From Clostridiales bacterium (lineage in GTDB: Bacteria; Bacillota; Clostridia; Lachnospirales; Lachnospiraceae), in contig JAMPHY010000001.1 in the NCBI GenBank assembly GCA_023663185.1, positions 133,287 through 197,286 on the forward strand: DNA of 64,000 bases. Direction: 5' to 3'. Position 1 is the first letter of the stretch; every line of letters starts with the position of its first letter. Position numbers and translations under genes: made by a program. The notes below the pieces were generated by a model. That model worked only from the letters and a program-made list of their open reading frames with translations. It was not told where the DNA came from and did not search any database. Shown in pieces: positions 29,510-39,411 of this stretch.

Positions 29510-30808
29510 ATGTTTGTTTTAATGCGGAATGTATTATTAATATTTATTGAAGTAACATGTTGTAGTATTTTTTTTGAAACTTTTGGTGAAATACGGCGTA
29601 AAGGCTGGATTAATTTAATACAGGGGCTACTATTGTTTGGCAGTATGTGTTTTTATTCATATGGCTTATCTGAACATTTTGTACTAAGGCAGATTGTTGC
29701 GATTTTGGTATTTTCAGTATTTATGCTTTGGCATGTTAAAATCAGTTTGAAAAAATCTTTTGCCTTGGCAATACTATTTGATGCATTGCTGTTGGCAATG
29801 GATTGTCTGATTTATTTGATTAGCAGATGGTTTTCTTTAAGCAGCGAATCATTAGGAACGCAGTATGCAATTGGACTTACTTTTGTCTCTTTGCTGGCAA
29901 AGGTTATATTGTTTTTTATTGTTCTTATTATCAGAAAACAGTTTGGTAAAAAATCAATGGAAATAATGCTGGATACAGAGTGGTTAAGGCTTCTATTCTT
30001 TCCGGTCTTTACCATAGCAGCCATTTCAGCAATGCTGCCTGTTTTTGGACATATGCAGACAATAGAACAAGCGAATCTATTGTCAATCATTACATTTGGA
30101 ATGGTGGTAATGAATATCGTTGTGTTTTATTTAATTAACGATATTTTAGAAAGAGAAGCACAGATGCGTGAAAACAAGGTTTTACAGATTCAGGCGAAAA
30201 ACCAGTTGGAAATGTATAGGTCTATCTCTGAAAACTTTGATAACCAAAAAAGAAAGACGCACGAATATAAAAATCAGATTTCATGTATAGAATCTTTGCT
30301 GAACAAAAAGCAATATTTTAAATTAGAAGAATATGTAAAAAAGATTTATGGTTCTCTGAATAATGAACCGGACGCCATTAACACCAATAATGTAATAGTA
30401 AATGCCATACTTAATACAAAGTATCAGGAGGCAGAAGCAAAGGGAATTGTTTTTGTTTTCAGGGTAAATGACCTTTCAGGGCTGAAAATAAAAGATGAAG
30501 ATGTGGTTACTATCCTTGCAAACCTTCTGAACAATGCCATTGAAGCGTGTGAGACCTGTGAGGATAAAAAGGTAATCAAGTTCAAGTTCGTTAAAGAAGA
30601 TGATATGATAATCGTTGCTGTAAAAAATACATTTAATTATGATGTTATATACGAGAATGGAGAGATAAAATCTACGAAAACATCAAGTGTGTCTGAGCAT
30701 GGTGCAGGAATTAAGAATGTATTAAAAATCGTTGAGAAATATGGTGGATCATATGTCATTGAAGATAAGAATAAAGAATTTTTCTTTTCAATTATCATTC
30801 CTGCATGA
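29510..30808 (+). CDS. AgrC-like (HPK10-type) membrane histidine kinase
   Basis: Six or more N-terminal TM helices; H-box-like KRKTHEYKNQISC; NLLNNAIEA N-box; EHGAGIKN G-box; ATG abuts the RR stop. Confidence 0.75.
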   Translation: MFVLMRNVLLIFIEVTCCSIFFETFGEIRRKGWINLIQGLLLFGSMCFYSYGLSEHFVLRQIVAILVFSVFMLWHVKISLKKSFALAILFDALLLAMDCLIYLISRWFSLSSESLGTQYAIGLTFVSLLAKVILFFIVLIIRKQFGKKSMEIMLDTEWLRLLFFPVFTIAAISAMLPVFGHMQTIEQANLLSIITFGMVVMNIVVFYLINDILEREAQMRENKVLQIQAKNQLEMYRSISENFDNQKRKTHEYKNQISCIESLLNKKQYFKLEEYVKKIYGSLNNEPDAINTNNVIVNAILNTKYQEAEAKGIVFVFRVNDLSGLKIKDEDVVTILANLLNNAIEACETCEDKKVIKFKFVKEDDMIIVAVKNTFNYDVIYENGEIKSTKTSSVSEHGAGIKNVLKIVEKYGGSYVIEDKNKEFFFSIIIPA

Positions 30809-30916
30809 ATGTAGTGTAAAATGATTGGTTCTAAAATTATAAAGTCCCATTTTTTGTACATCATATCTGCTATCATGTTTATAACATATCAATTCAACTC
30901 AATCAAAAACTTAGTA

Positions 30917-30965
30917 TTGCATAAATCGAACATTTGTTTTATTATATAAATAGAACATCTGTTCT
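30917..30965 (+). promoter_or_regulatory. promoter with two LexA-box-like (GAAC-N4-GTTY) sites
   Basis: TTGCAT (30917-22), 17-bp spacer, TATTAT (30940-45). CGAACATTTGTTTT (30927-40) lies in the spacer and AGAACATCTGTTCT (30952-65) just downstream. Confidence 0.45.
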
Positions 30966-30986
30966 GATTTAAGAACGGAGGCATTA

Positions 30987-31361
30987 ATGAAAAGGAAGAA
31001 TTTTTTAATGACAATTACTACCATCTTTCTTGTTTTCGTAATTGTATTCTGCCATGCGGAAACGGTGATGAGCCAGAACAAAATAGGAGATACGCAGGTC
31101 CGTCGATATTATGACGCTATGGAGGAAGAGTACCGTGCTAATATCGCGGAGGCGCTTAAAGAGAGAGGCTTTGCGAACAGCGGCGTTAATATCAGATGGG
31201 TGTCGGACGGTGACGGAATCAGGACTTACACCATAATAATCCATCATAGCGGCATTAATATGTTGGATAATCAGGGCAGAGAAGAATTGTTAAAGGAGTT
31301 TGCTAAGTTCGAGTTTGCAGACGAGGAATGCAGCTTTAATTATGAGTTTTTGAAAATATAG
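30987..31361 (+). CDS. hypothetical secreted/anchored protein (124 aa)
   Basis: N-terminal hydrophobic signal/anchor ITTIFLVFVIVFCHA; GGAGG RBS. Confidence 0.55.
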   Translation: MKRKNFLMTITTIFLVFVIVFCHAETVMSQNKIGDTQVRRYYDAMEEEYRANIAEALKERGFANSGVNIRWVSDGDGIRTYTIIIHHSGINMLDNQGREELLKEFAKFEFADEECSFNYEFLKI

Positions 31362-31510
31362 TGTAATTACCCGGCATTAATTTATATTTTTCGCAATAGA
31401 AGTGAATGACATTTTTCAGGTTTGGGATTATAATACAATAAGAAAATCCGGTCCGGCAAATTTGGACGCGGATATTTCTAAATCATGTTTAACGGAAACG
31501 GAGCCGCAAA

Positions 31511-32023
31511 ATGAGACATAATCCACAACCACAGGAAATTTACAGACACTTTAAAGGTAATCTATATCAAATAAGATGCCTCGCGAAGCATAGCGAGACC
31601 GGTGAAATGATGGTAGTTTATCAGGCGATGTACGGTGATTTTCAAATTTTTGTAAGACCGCTTTCATCGTTTATGGAAGAGGTTGACCGTGGAAAATACC
31701 CCGACGCCATACAGCAGTACCGGTTTGAGATAGCGGGAGCAGACGATGAGCCTGTATTGAATGATGAGCCTGTCTTGAACGACGAGGCGCAGGAAGAACT
31801 GAATATTGATCCTCTGGTAATGCAATTTCTGGAAGCGGATACCTATGAACGAAGACTGGAAATTTTAAGTATGCTTCACCCACGTATTAACGACGACATG
31901 ATTAATACGATGGCTGTTGCCGTGGATATCGAAGTCAAGGACGGGGAAATAGAAGACAGATACGAGGAACTTAAAAACTGTCTCCTTACCTTTAAAAGAT
32001 ATGAGTGCAACAGATTGAGGTGA
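31511..32023 (+). CDS. DUF1653-domain protein
   Basis: YRHFKGNLYQIRCLAKHSETGEMMVVYQAMYG N-terminal signature. Confidence 0.6.
   Translation: MRHNPQPQEIYRHFKGNLYQIRCLAKHSETGEMMVVYQAMYGDFQIFVRPLSSFMEEVDRGKYPDAIQQYRFEIAGADDEPVLNDEPVLNDEAQEELNIDPLVMQFLEADTYERRLEILSMLHPRINDDMINTMAVAVDIEVKDGEIEDRYEELKNCLLTFKRYECNRLR
31745..31780 (+). repeat. 18-bp in-frame tandem duplication (x2)
   Basis: gatgagcctgtattgaat / gatgagcctgtcttgaac, encoding DEPVLN-DEPVLN. Confidence 0.85.
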
Positions 32024-32111
32024 TATAAAACTTACAGCCTGACATACAAGTACCGTATCTGACAGAGAGCTTGGAGAGTCAATAGACAGTCGGATAATAG
32101 GAGGTATTGGT

Positions 32112-33032
32112 ATGTCATATGATTTGGAGAGCAGACTGGTTGTAGGGGTTTCTTCAAGGGCATTGTTTGATTTGTCCATTGAGAATCAGATTTTTGAGGC
32201 TGACGGAGTAGACGCTTACTGTCGCTATCAGGTTGAGCATGAAGACGATATATTGCAGCCGGGACCGGGCTTCCCGCTTATTAGGGCGCTGCTTAACTTG
32301 AATAATCTGCCCGGCAGGGAAGGCTGCGTGGAAGTCATTATTATGTCGCGTAACAGTCCGGACACGTCCCTTCGTGTTTTTAACGCTATCAGGCATTATG
32401 GGCTTAATATTACCAGAGCGGTATTGGCAAGCGGCGCATCATTAGCGCCATATCTGGAAGCCTTTAGGACCGACCTTTTTTTGTCGGCGTATGAAGATGA
32501 TGTACAGAGTGCGATAGATTCTAATATTGCGGCGGGAATTATCTGCAGCGACGGGATTCACACATATGATTGTGAACATCAGATTAAGCAGATACGAATT
32601 GCATTTGACGGAGACGCAGTGCTGTTTTCTGACGAATCAGAGCAGATATTTAAAGAGAAAGGGTTGGAAGCGTTTGAGGAGAATGAGCGTAAGAATGCTG
32701 ATAATCCGCTTAATGCAGGACCTTTTGCGAGATTTTTAAAGATATTATCCGATTTGCAGAAAGATTTCACCACAGACGAGGCTCCAATCAGAACCGCGCT
32801 TGTGACCTCAAGGTGCGCGCCTGCGCATGAGCGGGTTATTCGTACTTTGCGGGCGTGGAATGTCAGAATTGACGAGGCGTTTTTCTTAGGCGGAGTACAG
32901 AAGAAAGATGTGCTTAAAGCGTTCGGGGCGCATATTTTCTTCGACGACCAGCAAGTACATACGGATACTGCCTCGGAAGTAGTGCCTGCGGCAAGGGTTC
33001 CATATAAAAATAGGGAAAATGATAGTAGCTGA
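32112..33032 (+). CDS. 5'-nucleotidase-family protein (PF06189-like)
   Basis: LVVGVSSRALFDLSIENQIF...YCRYQVEHEDDILQPGPGFPLIRALLNLN resembles that family; recognised from memory only. Confidence 0.55.
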   Translation: MSYDLESRLVVGVSSRALFDLSIENQIFEADGVDAYCRYQVEHEDDILQPGPGFPLIRALLNLNNLPGREGCVEVIIMSRNSPDTSLRVFNAIRHYGLNITRAVLASGASLAPYLEAFRTDLFLSAYEDDVQSAIDSNIAAGIICSDGIHTYDCEHQIKQIRIAFDGDAVLFSDESEQIFKEKGLEAFEENERKNADNPLNAGPFARFLKILSDLQKDFTTDEAPIRTALVTSRCAPAHERVIRTLRAWNVRIDEAFFLGGVQKKDVLKAFGAHIFFDDQQVHTDTASEVVPAARVPYKNRENDSS

Positions 33033-33074
33033 TGAAACAGCAGAGTACAGTTCGGGAAAGGAATAGTGAATTAA

Positions 33075-34100
33075 ATGAAACTGCTATCAATAGTGATACC
33101 CAGTTATAATTCGGAAGCATATATGCGTAAAAGCATAGAATCGCTGCTTATCGGCGGCGACGAAGTAGAGATTATTATTGTAGACGACGGTTCTACGGAT
33201 AATACGGGGAAGATAGCCGACGAGTATGCGAAGGAGTATCCGAGTATTATTAAAGCGATACATCAGGAAAATGGGGGACACGGAGCTGCGGTTAATACCG
33301 GGTTAAATGCAGCGACCGGGCTGTTTTTCAAAGTGGTTGACAGCGACGACTGGGTTAAGGAGAGCGCATACCTCAAGATTCTTGAGAAGCTTGAAGAATT
33401 GTCGGGTACTGATACCGCGCTTGATATGCTTATCAGTAACTTTGTATATGAAAAAGAGGGAGAGAAGAAGAAAAAGGTAATGCGATACCACTTTGCTCTT
33501 CCGCAGGATAGAATTTTTACATGGAAAGATATCAAGCATTTCCGCAAAGGACAGTATATGCTGATGCATTCCGTTATATACAGGACTAAGCTGCTTAGGG
33601 AGTGTGGGCTTAAGCTGCCTGAGCATACTTTCTATGTGGACAACCTTTTTGTATTTGAGCCGCTTCCATCTGTAAGGAATATGTACTATCTTGACGTAAA
33701 CTTTTACCGTTATTACATCGGCAGAGAGGATCAGTCGGTCAATGAGAAGGTTATGATATCCAGAATCGACCAGCAGATATGCGTTAATAAGCTGATGCTT
33801 GATTTTCTCATACAGAAGAAGGCGGAGATAAGGAAACAGCGCAAGATGCGGATTTATATGGAGAATTATCTGGAAATTATTACTGTGATTTCTTCAATTA
33901 TGCTTATCCGTTCAGGCACCGAGGAAAATCTGGAGAAAAAGAAGGAGCTCTGGGAGTATATCAGGCAAAAAGACTTCTTTGTTTATTTAAGATTAAGATA
34001 CGGCATTCTGGGAAGTTCAATGAACCTTCCGGGCAAAGGCGGAAGAAAGATATCAGTTGAAGGCTATAAGATATGCAGACGTTTCTTTAAGTTTAACTAA
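33075..34100 (+). CDS. family 2 glycosyltransferase
   Basis: LSIVIPSYNSEAYM, IIVDDGSTD, VDSDD motifs. Confidence 0.85.
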   Translation: MKLLSIVIPSYNSEAYMRKSIESLLIGGDEVEIIIVDDGSTDNTGKIADEYAKEYPSIIKAIHQENGGHGAAVNTGLNAATGLFFKVVDSDDWVKESAYLKILEKLEELSGTDTALDMLISNFVYEKEGEKKKKVMRYHFALPQDRIFTWKDIKHFRKGQYMLMHSVIYRTKLLRECGLKLPEHTFYVDNLFVFEPLPSVRNMYYLDVNFYRYYIGREDQSVNEKVMISRIDQQICVNKLMLDFLIQKKAEIRKQRKMRIYMENYLEIITVISSIMLIRSGTEENLEKKKELWEYIRQKDFFVYLRLRYGILGSSMNLPGKGGRKISVEGYKICRRFFKFN

Positions 34101-34108
34101 AAAGGGGC

Positions 34109-34786
34109 TCAGAGAACCTCTGGGCCCGCTTTCCTTTTATTTCTGTTCTGAAAGCTGTGTCTAAAGTTAATCAGTACATCGGACTGATATACTATTACAT
34201 ACATTACTGCCGCCATAATGAAAGCGGTCGTTACATCAAATACCGAATGCTGTTTAATAAACATGGTTGACATAATAATTGATATACAAAGAACAAGGGA
34301 AGCAGAACGTATTACTTTGTGTTGTTTAAAATGTCTGCTCTTTGTAATCGCAATGTGGCAGCCGAGCGAGTTATATACGTGAATGCTGGGCCATAAGTTA
34401 GTAGGCGTATCAGTCAAATAAATCATATTGACCAACTGCGTGAAAATATTATCTCTTGGAAAAAGATAAGGTCTTAAACGCTGACCATTAGGCCATAAAG
34501 TCGAAACTATCAGGAAAATGGTCATGCCTGTAAAAAGGAAGGCACAGCATTTAAAATAATCATCTTTGTCCTTAAAAAAGAAATATAGTATAACCACAGC
34601 TACATAAGCAAACCATAATAAATAAGGAATTATGAATACCTCGCAGAACGGGATATAATCGTCTAAGGCAACATGGATAAGTTTATAATGTTTGACGTTG
34701 CGCTCTAAATATCCAAACCATGCTAAGTATATGATTCCATATATGATTGCCGGAATTGCATGTTTATATTTAGCTAGATACTTCAT
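34109..34786 (-). CDS. PAP2-superfamily membrane phosphatase/transferase
   Basis: PSIHV (PSxH) and QHSVFDV (HxxxD) motifs in a polytopic protein; start uncertain (ATG 34786 or TTG 34873). Confidence 0.55.
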   Translation of the reverse strand: MKYLAKYKHAIPAIIYGIIYLAWFGYLERNVKHYKLIHVALDDYIPFCEVFIIPYLLWFAYVAVVILYFFFKDKDDYFKCCAFLFTGMTIFLIVSTLWPNGQRLRPYLFPRDNIFTQLVNMIYLTDTPTNLWPSIHVYNSLGCHIAITKSRHFKQHKVIRSASLVLCISIIMSTMFIKQHSVFDVTTAFIMAAVMYVIVYQSDVLINFRHSFQNRNKRKAGPEVL

Positions 34787-34869
34787 TACCGTATTTCGAC
34801 TCCTTTTCAAAGAAAAATAGTCATTAGGTTCTACCCATGAAAAATATCTTAGCAGAATAGTTGGAAATG

Positions 34870-35826
34870 TCAAGCAAGAAATTTAATTTTTTGCTTCTCA
34901 CATGATAAATATATGTGGTTGGATTTAAAATATACTTCCCCATCGGTATGAACCCAGAGCGGAGCCGAGGTTTTTATCTCTATTTTACGGGCTTTGTAAG
35001 GAGTGATATGCGGGAACATATAGTGTTTTCCAAAAAAAGCGGTAGGCAGGGCGAGCAGTATTAACGGCTTAGGAATTTTTCCGACAAAGCATATATCGAG
35101 CACGCCGTCAGACGCATCGGCATGAGGACAGAATTTGAATCCGCCGCCTTCATATTTATGTATCATAGCCGCGATGAATAAAAAACGCTCTGCGTGGACA
35201 GGTTCTTTGCCGTCTAAGTACATATCGCAGGCTATGGATTTTGCCGCGATAAGCTGCTTAAGCGCAACGCCAAGATAAGTTAGCTTCCCAAGTTTTAATT
35301 TATTGAGTACGTTTTTGATGCTTGAAGAAAGCGCCTCTTCGCATACGGCGGCGTCGAAACCGATTCCGCTGCTTACTATAAAGTATCTTTTATCAGGGAA
35401 ATCTGCCTGCGCATATTTGGACTCGGTGCAGTCTGACCTGTCAAATTTAAGCATACCGATATCAACCATATGGGACGATTTGCCGTCCAGAATGGTTTCA
35501 AGGGTTTTAAGCGGATTTTTACCGATGCGCATAGCCCTTGCCAAATCGTTGCTTGAACCGGTAGGGATATAACCAATGCTCACTTTGCTAAAATCCCGTA
35601 TGCCTTGCAGCGCTTCATTAATAGTGCCGTCTCCACCCAGAATGATTAAATTGACGTCTGCTTTATCTTTTGTAAGCTCGTTAGTAATCTCCGCAATATG
35701 TCCTGCGTGGGTGGAGAGCATAAGCTCATACGGTATGTTTCTTTCAATAAAAATAGGTTTAAGTTTCTGCCATATGCGTATCCCCCTGCCCGATTGTGAC
35801 GAGGGGTTGACTATAATATAGTACAT
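34870..35826 (-). CDS. diacylglycerol/lipid kinase (DagK/YegS family)
   Basis: YIIVNPSSQSGRG, ILGGDGTINE motifs; start at 35826 with AAAGGTGA RBS. Confidence 0.8.
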   Translation of the reverse strand: MYYIIVNPSSQSGRGIRIWQKLKPIFIERNIPYELMLSTHAGHIAEITNELTKDKADVNLIILGGDGTINEALQGIRDFSKVSIGYIPTGSSNDLARAMRIGKNPLKTLETILDGKSSHMVDIGMLKFDRSDCTESKYAQADFPDKRYFIVSSGIGFDAAVCEEALSSSIKNVLNKLKLGKLTYLGVALKQLIAAKSIACDMYLDGKEPVHAERFLFIAAMIHKYEGGGFKFCPHADASDGVLDICFVGKIPKPLILLALPTAFFGKHYMFPHITPYKARKIEIKTSAPLWVHTDGEVYFKSNHIYLSCEKQKIKFLA

Positions 35827-35994
35827 AATGTTTTCACCTTTATCCTTAGAGATTTCAAATAACTTATATATACAGTTTAACACGATTTACTGAAACTGGA
35901 AAGAAAATATTGCGTCCCTGTCGTTTCTTGTGATATACTTACTCTGGATTTTTATATTATGAGAATATAGGAAAGAAGAAAGGCGGTAAAATTA

Positions 35995-37233
35995 ATGTAT
36001 TCATTTGACGAAATAAAGACAGCGGACCCGGAAATAGCGCAGGCGATTATGGACGAGCAGGAGCGCCAGAACTCGCATATTGAGTTGATTGCCTCTGAGA
36101 ACTGGGTAAGCAAGGCGGTTATGGCGGCGATGGGAAGTCCGCTTACTAATAAGTATGCAGAAGGATATCCGGGTAAAAGATATTATGGCGGCTGCGAATG
36201 TGTGGACGTAGTGGAGGACTTGGCAAGGGAACGCGCTAAGAAACTGTTTAACTGCGAGTATGTTAATGTTCAGCCTCATTCAGGCGCACAGGCTAATATG
36301 GCGGTATTTTTTGCCGTAATGGAGCCGGGCGATACATTTATGGGAATGAACTTAGACCACGGCGGACATCTTTCGCATGGTTCACCGGTAAATATGTCGG
36401 GAAAATATTTTAACTGCGTGCCTTATGGAGTCAATGACGACGGCTTCCTTGATTATGATAAAGTTCGTGAGATTGCCTTAGAATGTAAACCTAAAATGAT
36501 TGTAGCAGGAGCCTCGGCTTATGCAAGGACGCTGGATTTTAAGAAATTCAGAGAGATTGCCGACGAGGTTGGCGCGGTTTTGATGGTGGATATAGCGCAT
36601 ATCGCAGGACTTGTGGCGACAGGACTGCACCCAAGCCCGATTCCTTATGCTCATGTAACTACCACTACGACGCATAAGACTCTGCGCGGACCACGCGGCG
36701 GCATGATAATGTCAAGTCAAGAAGTGGCGGATAAATATAACTTTAACAAGGCTATCTTCCCCGGTATTCAGGGCGGTCCGCTTATGCACGTGATTGCGGC
36801 TAAGGCTGTCTGCTTTAAAGAAGCGATATCTACAGAGTTTAAAGTATATCAGCAGGGAATTATCGACAATGCACAGGCACTTTGCAAGGGGCTTCTTGCA
36901 AGAGATGTTAGAATTGTATCCGGCGGAACGGACAACCATCTGATGTTAGTAGATTTGACTAACTATGATTTAACAGGTAAAGCTGTAGAGAAACTTTTAG
37001 ACGAGGCGCATATTACCGCGAATAAGAATACGATTCCGAACGATCCGAAGTCTCCGTTCGTGACAAGCGGTATCCGTCTGGGAACCCCCGCGGTAACTTC
37101 CAGAGGACTAAATACCGAGGATATGGATAAGGTAGCGGAAGCGGTTTCCGTTGTTATAAAAGAAGGCGAAGCGGGAGTGACGAAAGCGCAGAAAATCGTG
37201 AAGGAACTGACCGATAAATATCCGCTTATTTAG
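35995..37233 (+). CDS. glyA: serine hydroxymethyltransferase
   Basis: [33 protein letters not shown] (PLP-Lys). Confidence 0.95.
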   Translation: MYSFDEIKTADPEIAQAIMDEQERQNSHIELIASENWVSKAVMAAMGSPLTNKYAEGYPGKRYYGGCECVDVVEDLARERAKKLFNCEYVNVQPHSGAQANMAVFFAVMEPGDTFMGMNLDHGGHLSHGSPVNMSGKYFNCVPYGVNDDGFLDYDKVREIALECKPKMIVAGASAYARTLDFKKFREIADEVGAVLMVDIAHIAGLVATGLHPSPIPYAHVTTTTTHKTLRGPRGGMIMSSQEVADKYNFNKAIFPGIQGGPLMHVIAAKAVCFKEAISTEFKVYQQGIIDNAQALCKGLLARDVRIVSGGTDNHLMLVDLTNYDLTGKAVEKLLDEAHITANKNTIPNDPKSPFVTSGIRLGTPAVTSRGLNTEDMDKVAEAVSVVIKEGEAGVTKAQKIVKELTDKYPLI

Positions 37234-37285
37234 AAAATTGACTTAACTTAAGAAAAATCATGAATTTTATTTAAAACTAACTAAC

Positions 37286-38143
37286 ATGGAGGACAACATT
37301 GTGATTGAAATAAAAATGAGATTTCCGGAAGGCAGGAGAAAAGCGCTGACACTCAGCTATGATGACGGAGTGGAGCAGGATATCCGCCTTATAGATATAA
37401 TGAAACATAACGGACTTAAAGGCACATTTAACCTTAACAGCGACTGCTATGCGGACGAGGGTACTATATATAAGCCCGGCACCATTCATAGAAGAATGTC
37501 TATGAAAGAAGCTACGGAAGTTTATGCAGAAAGCGGTATGGAGGTAGCGCTGCATGGTCTGACGCACCCTTTCCTTGAGCGGATTCCCAAAGCGCTTTGC
37601 CTTGAAGAAATCGTTAGAGATAGGGATAATTTAGAGAAGCAGTTTGGTACTATAGTGCGCGGGGCGGCATATCCGTTCGGCACCTATAATGATTATGTAG
37701 TAGATGTGCTGCGTATGTCGGGCATTGTTTATGCAAGAACTACAGTCAGTACGGAAAATTTTGATATTCCGCAGGACTGGTTAAGAATGCCCGCGACCTG
37801 CCACCATAACAATCCGCGCCTTAAGGAGCTTGCCTCAGATTTTGTCGAGGACAAGCAGGACAGGCACGGAAACCCGCAGTTGTTCTATCTATGGGGGCAC
37901 AGCTATGAATTTGAGAAAGATGATAACTGGGAAGTAATAGAGCGTTTTGCTTCCTATATCGGCGGAAGAAAAGATATTTGGTATGCGACCAACATAGAAG
38001 TATGCGATTATGTGGAAAATTACAGACGTCTGATTTTCAGCTTTGAAGGGACACGCGTATTTAATCCGACGAATCAGGACGTCTATGTAGAAGCGAATGG
38101 AGAACTTGTATGTATTCATTCGGGAGAGACGGTTGAATTATAG
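37286..38143 (+). CDS. polysaccharide deacetylase (CE4) family protein
   Basis: LTLSYDDG and HGLTHP motifs. Confidence 0.75.
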   Translation: MEDNIVIEIKMRFPEGRRKALTLSYDDGVEQDIRLIDIMKHNGLKGTFNLNSDCYADEGTIYKPGTIHRRMSMKEATEVYAESGMEVALHGLTHPFLERIPKALCLEEIVRDRDNLEKQFGTIVRGAAYPFGTYNDYVVDVLRMSGIVYARTTVSTENFDIPQDWLRMPATCHHNNPRLKELASDFVEDKQDRHGNPQLFYLWGHSYEFEKDDNWEVIERFASYIGGRKDIWYATNIEVCDYVENYRRLIFSFEGTRVFNPTNQDVYVEANGELVCIHSGETVEL

Positions 38144-38172
38144 AGAGGCAGAAAGAGAGGAAGAACGGAAAA

Positions 38173-39378
38173 ATGGTTCACGTAGCAGTTTTAGGATACG
38201 GTACCGTGGGAAGCGGCGTCGTAGAAGTAATCGAGACTAATAAAGAGGATATAGATAAGAAGGCGGGAGAACAGTTAAATGTAAAATATATTTTGGATTT
38301 AAGAGATTTTCCCGGAGATCCTTATGAGAAAAAAGTGGTTCATGATTTTAATATCATCTTAAACGATCCGGAGGTTTCAGTTATCTGCGAGACGATGGGA
38401 GGCAACGAACCGGCTTATACTTTTTCTAAAAATGCTCTGCTTGCGGGTAAAAGCGTATGTACCTCGAATAAAGAACTGGTTGCGAATCATGGACCTGAGC
38501 TGCTTAAGATAGCAAGGCAGAATCATTGCAATTATCTGTTTGAAGCGAGCGTGGGCGGCGGGATACCGATTATCCGTCCCTTGAATTATTCGCTGACGGC
38601 GGAGAAGATAGATTCTATCACAGGTATTTTAAACGGAACGACTAATTATATTCTTACCAGAATGGATAAGGACGGCGCAGGCTTTGACGAGGTGTTAAAA
38701 GAGGCGCAGGAGAAAGGCTATGCGGAGAAAAATCCGGAGGCTGACGTGGAAGGCTACGACGCATGCCGCAAGATTGCGATTCTTTCTTCTCTTATGAAAG
38801 GTAAAAATGTAGATTACAAAGACATATATACGGAGGGTATTACAAGAATTACGTCGCAAGACTTTAAATATGCGGGAAAAATGAACCGTTCAATTAAACT
38901 CCTTGCCATGAGTAAGGATACCGAAGAGGGATTTCTGGCAATGGTTGCGCCCTTTATGATTTCCAAAGACCACCCGTTATACAGCGTAAGCGACGTATTT
39001 AACGCAGTCTATGTACACGGCAATATGCTTGGAGACTCCATGTATTATGGAAGGGGAGCCGGCAAGCTGCCTACTGCAAGCGCGGTGGTTTCCGATGTAG
39101 TGGACTGTGCAAGACACCCCGGCAAGACCATTATGTGCTTCTGGGACGAGGAAAAAATCACCCTGACGGATATTGACGATGTAAGACACAGATTTTTTGT
39201 ACGTGTTAGCGCGGATAAAAAGGAAGCGGCGTTATCGGCGTTTCCTGAGGCTGAGGCGCTTGATGCAGGAATAGAGGGCGAATATGCTTTTGTCACTAAG
39301 ATAATGACGGAAAAAGAATTTAACGATAAACTGGCTTCTGTCGGCGGTGCAATCAACAGAATCCGTATGGAAGAATAA
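38173..39378 (+). CDS. hom: homoserine dehydrogenase
   Basis: VAVLGYGTVGSG NAD fold, TSNKELVA, GGIPII, C-terminal ACT-like domain. Confidence 0.9.
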   Translation: MVHVAVLGYGTVGSGVVEVIETNKEDIDKKAGEQLNVKYILDLRDFPGDPYEKKVVHDFNIILNDPEVSVICETMGGNEPAYTFSKNALLAGKSVCTSNKELVANHGPELLKIARQNHCNYLFEASVGGGIPIIRPLNYSLTAEKIDSITGILNGTTNYILTRMDKDGAGFDEVLKEAQEKGYAEKNPEADVEGYDACRKIAILSSLMKGKNVDYKDIYTEGITRITSQDFKYAGKMNRSIKLLAMSKDTEEGFLAMVAPFMISKDHPLYSVSDVFNAVYVHGNMLGDSMYYGRGAGKLPTASAVVSDVVDCARHPGKTIMCFWDEEKITLTDIDDVRHRFFVRVSADKKEAALSAFPEAEALDAGIEGEYAFVTKIMTEKEFNDKLASVGGAINRIRMEE

Positions 39379-39411
39379 TTCACAGGCTGAGAAAGGGGCA
39401 TAGTTGCTAAA

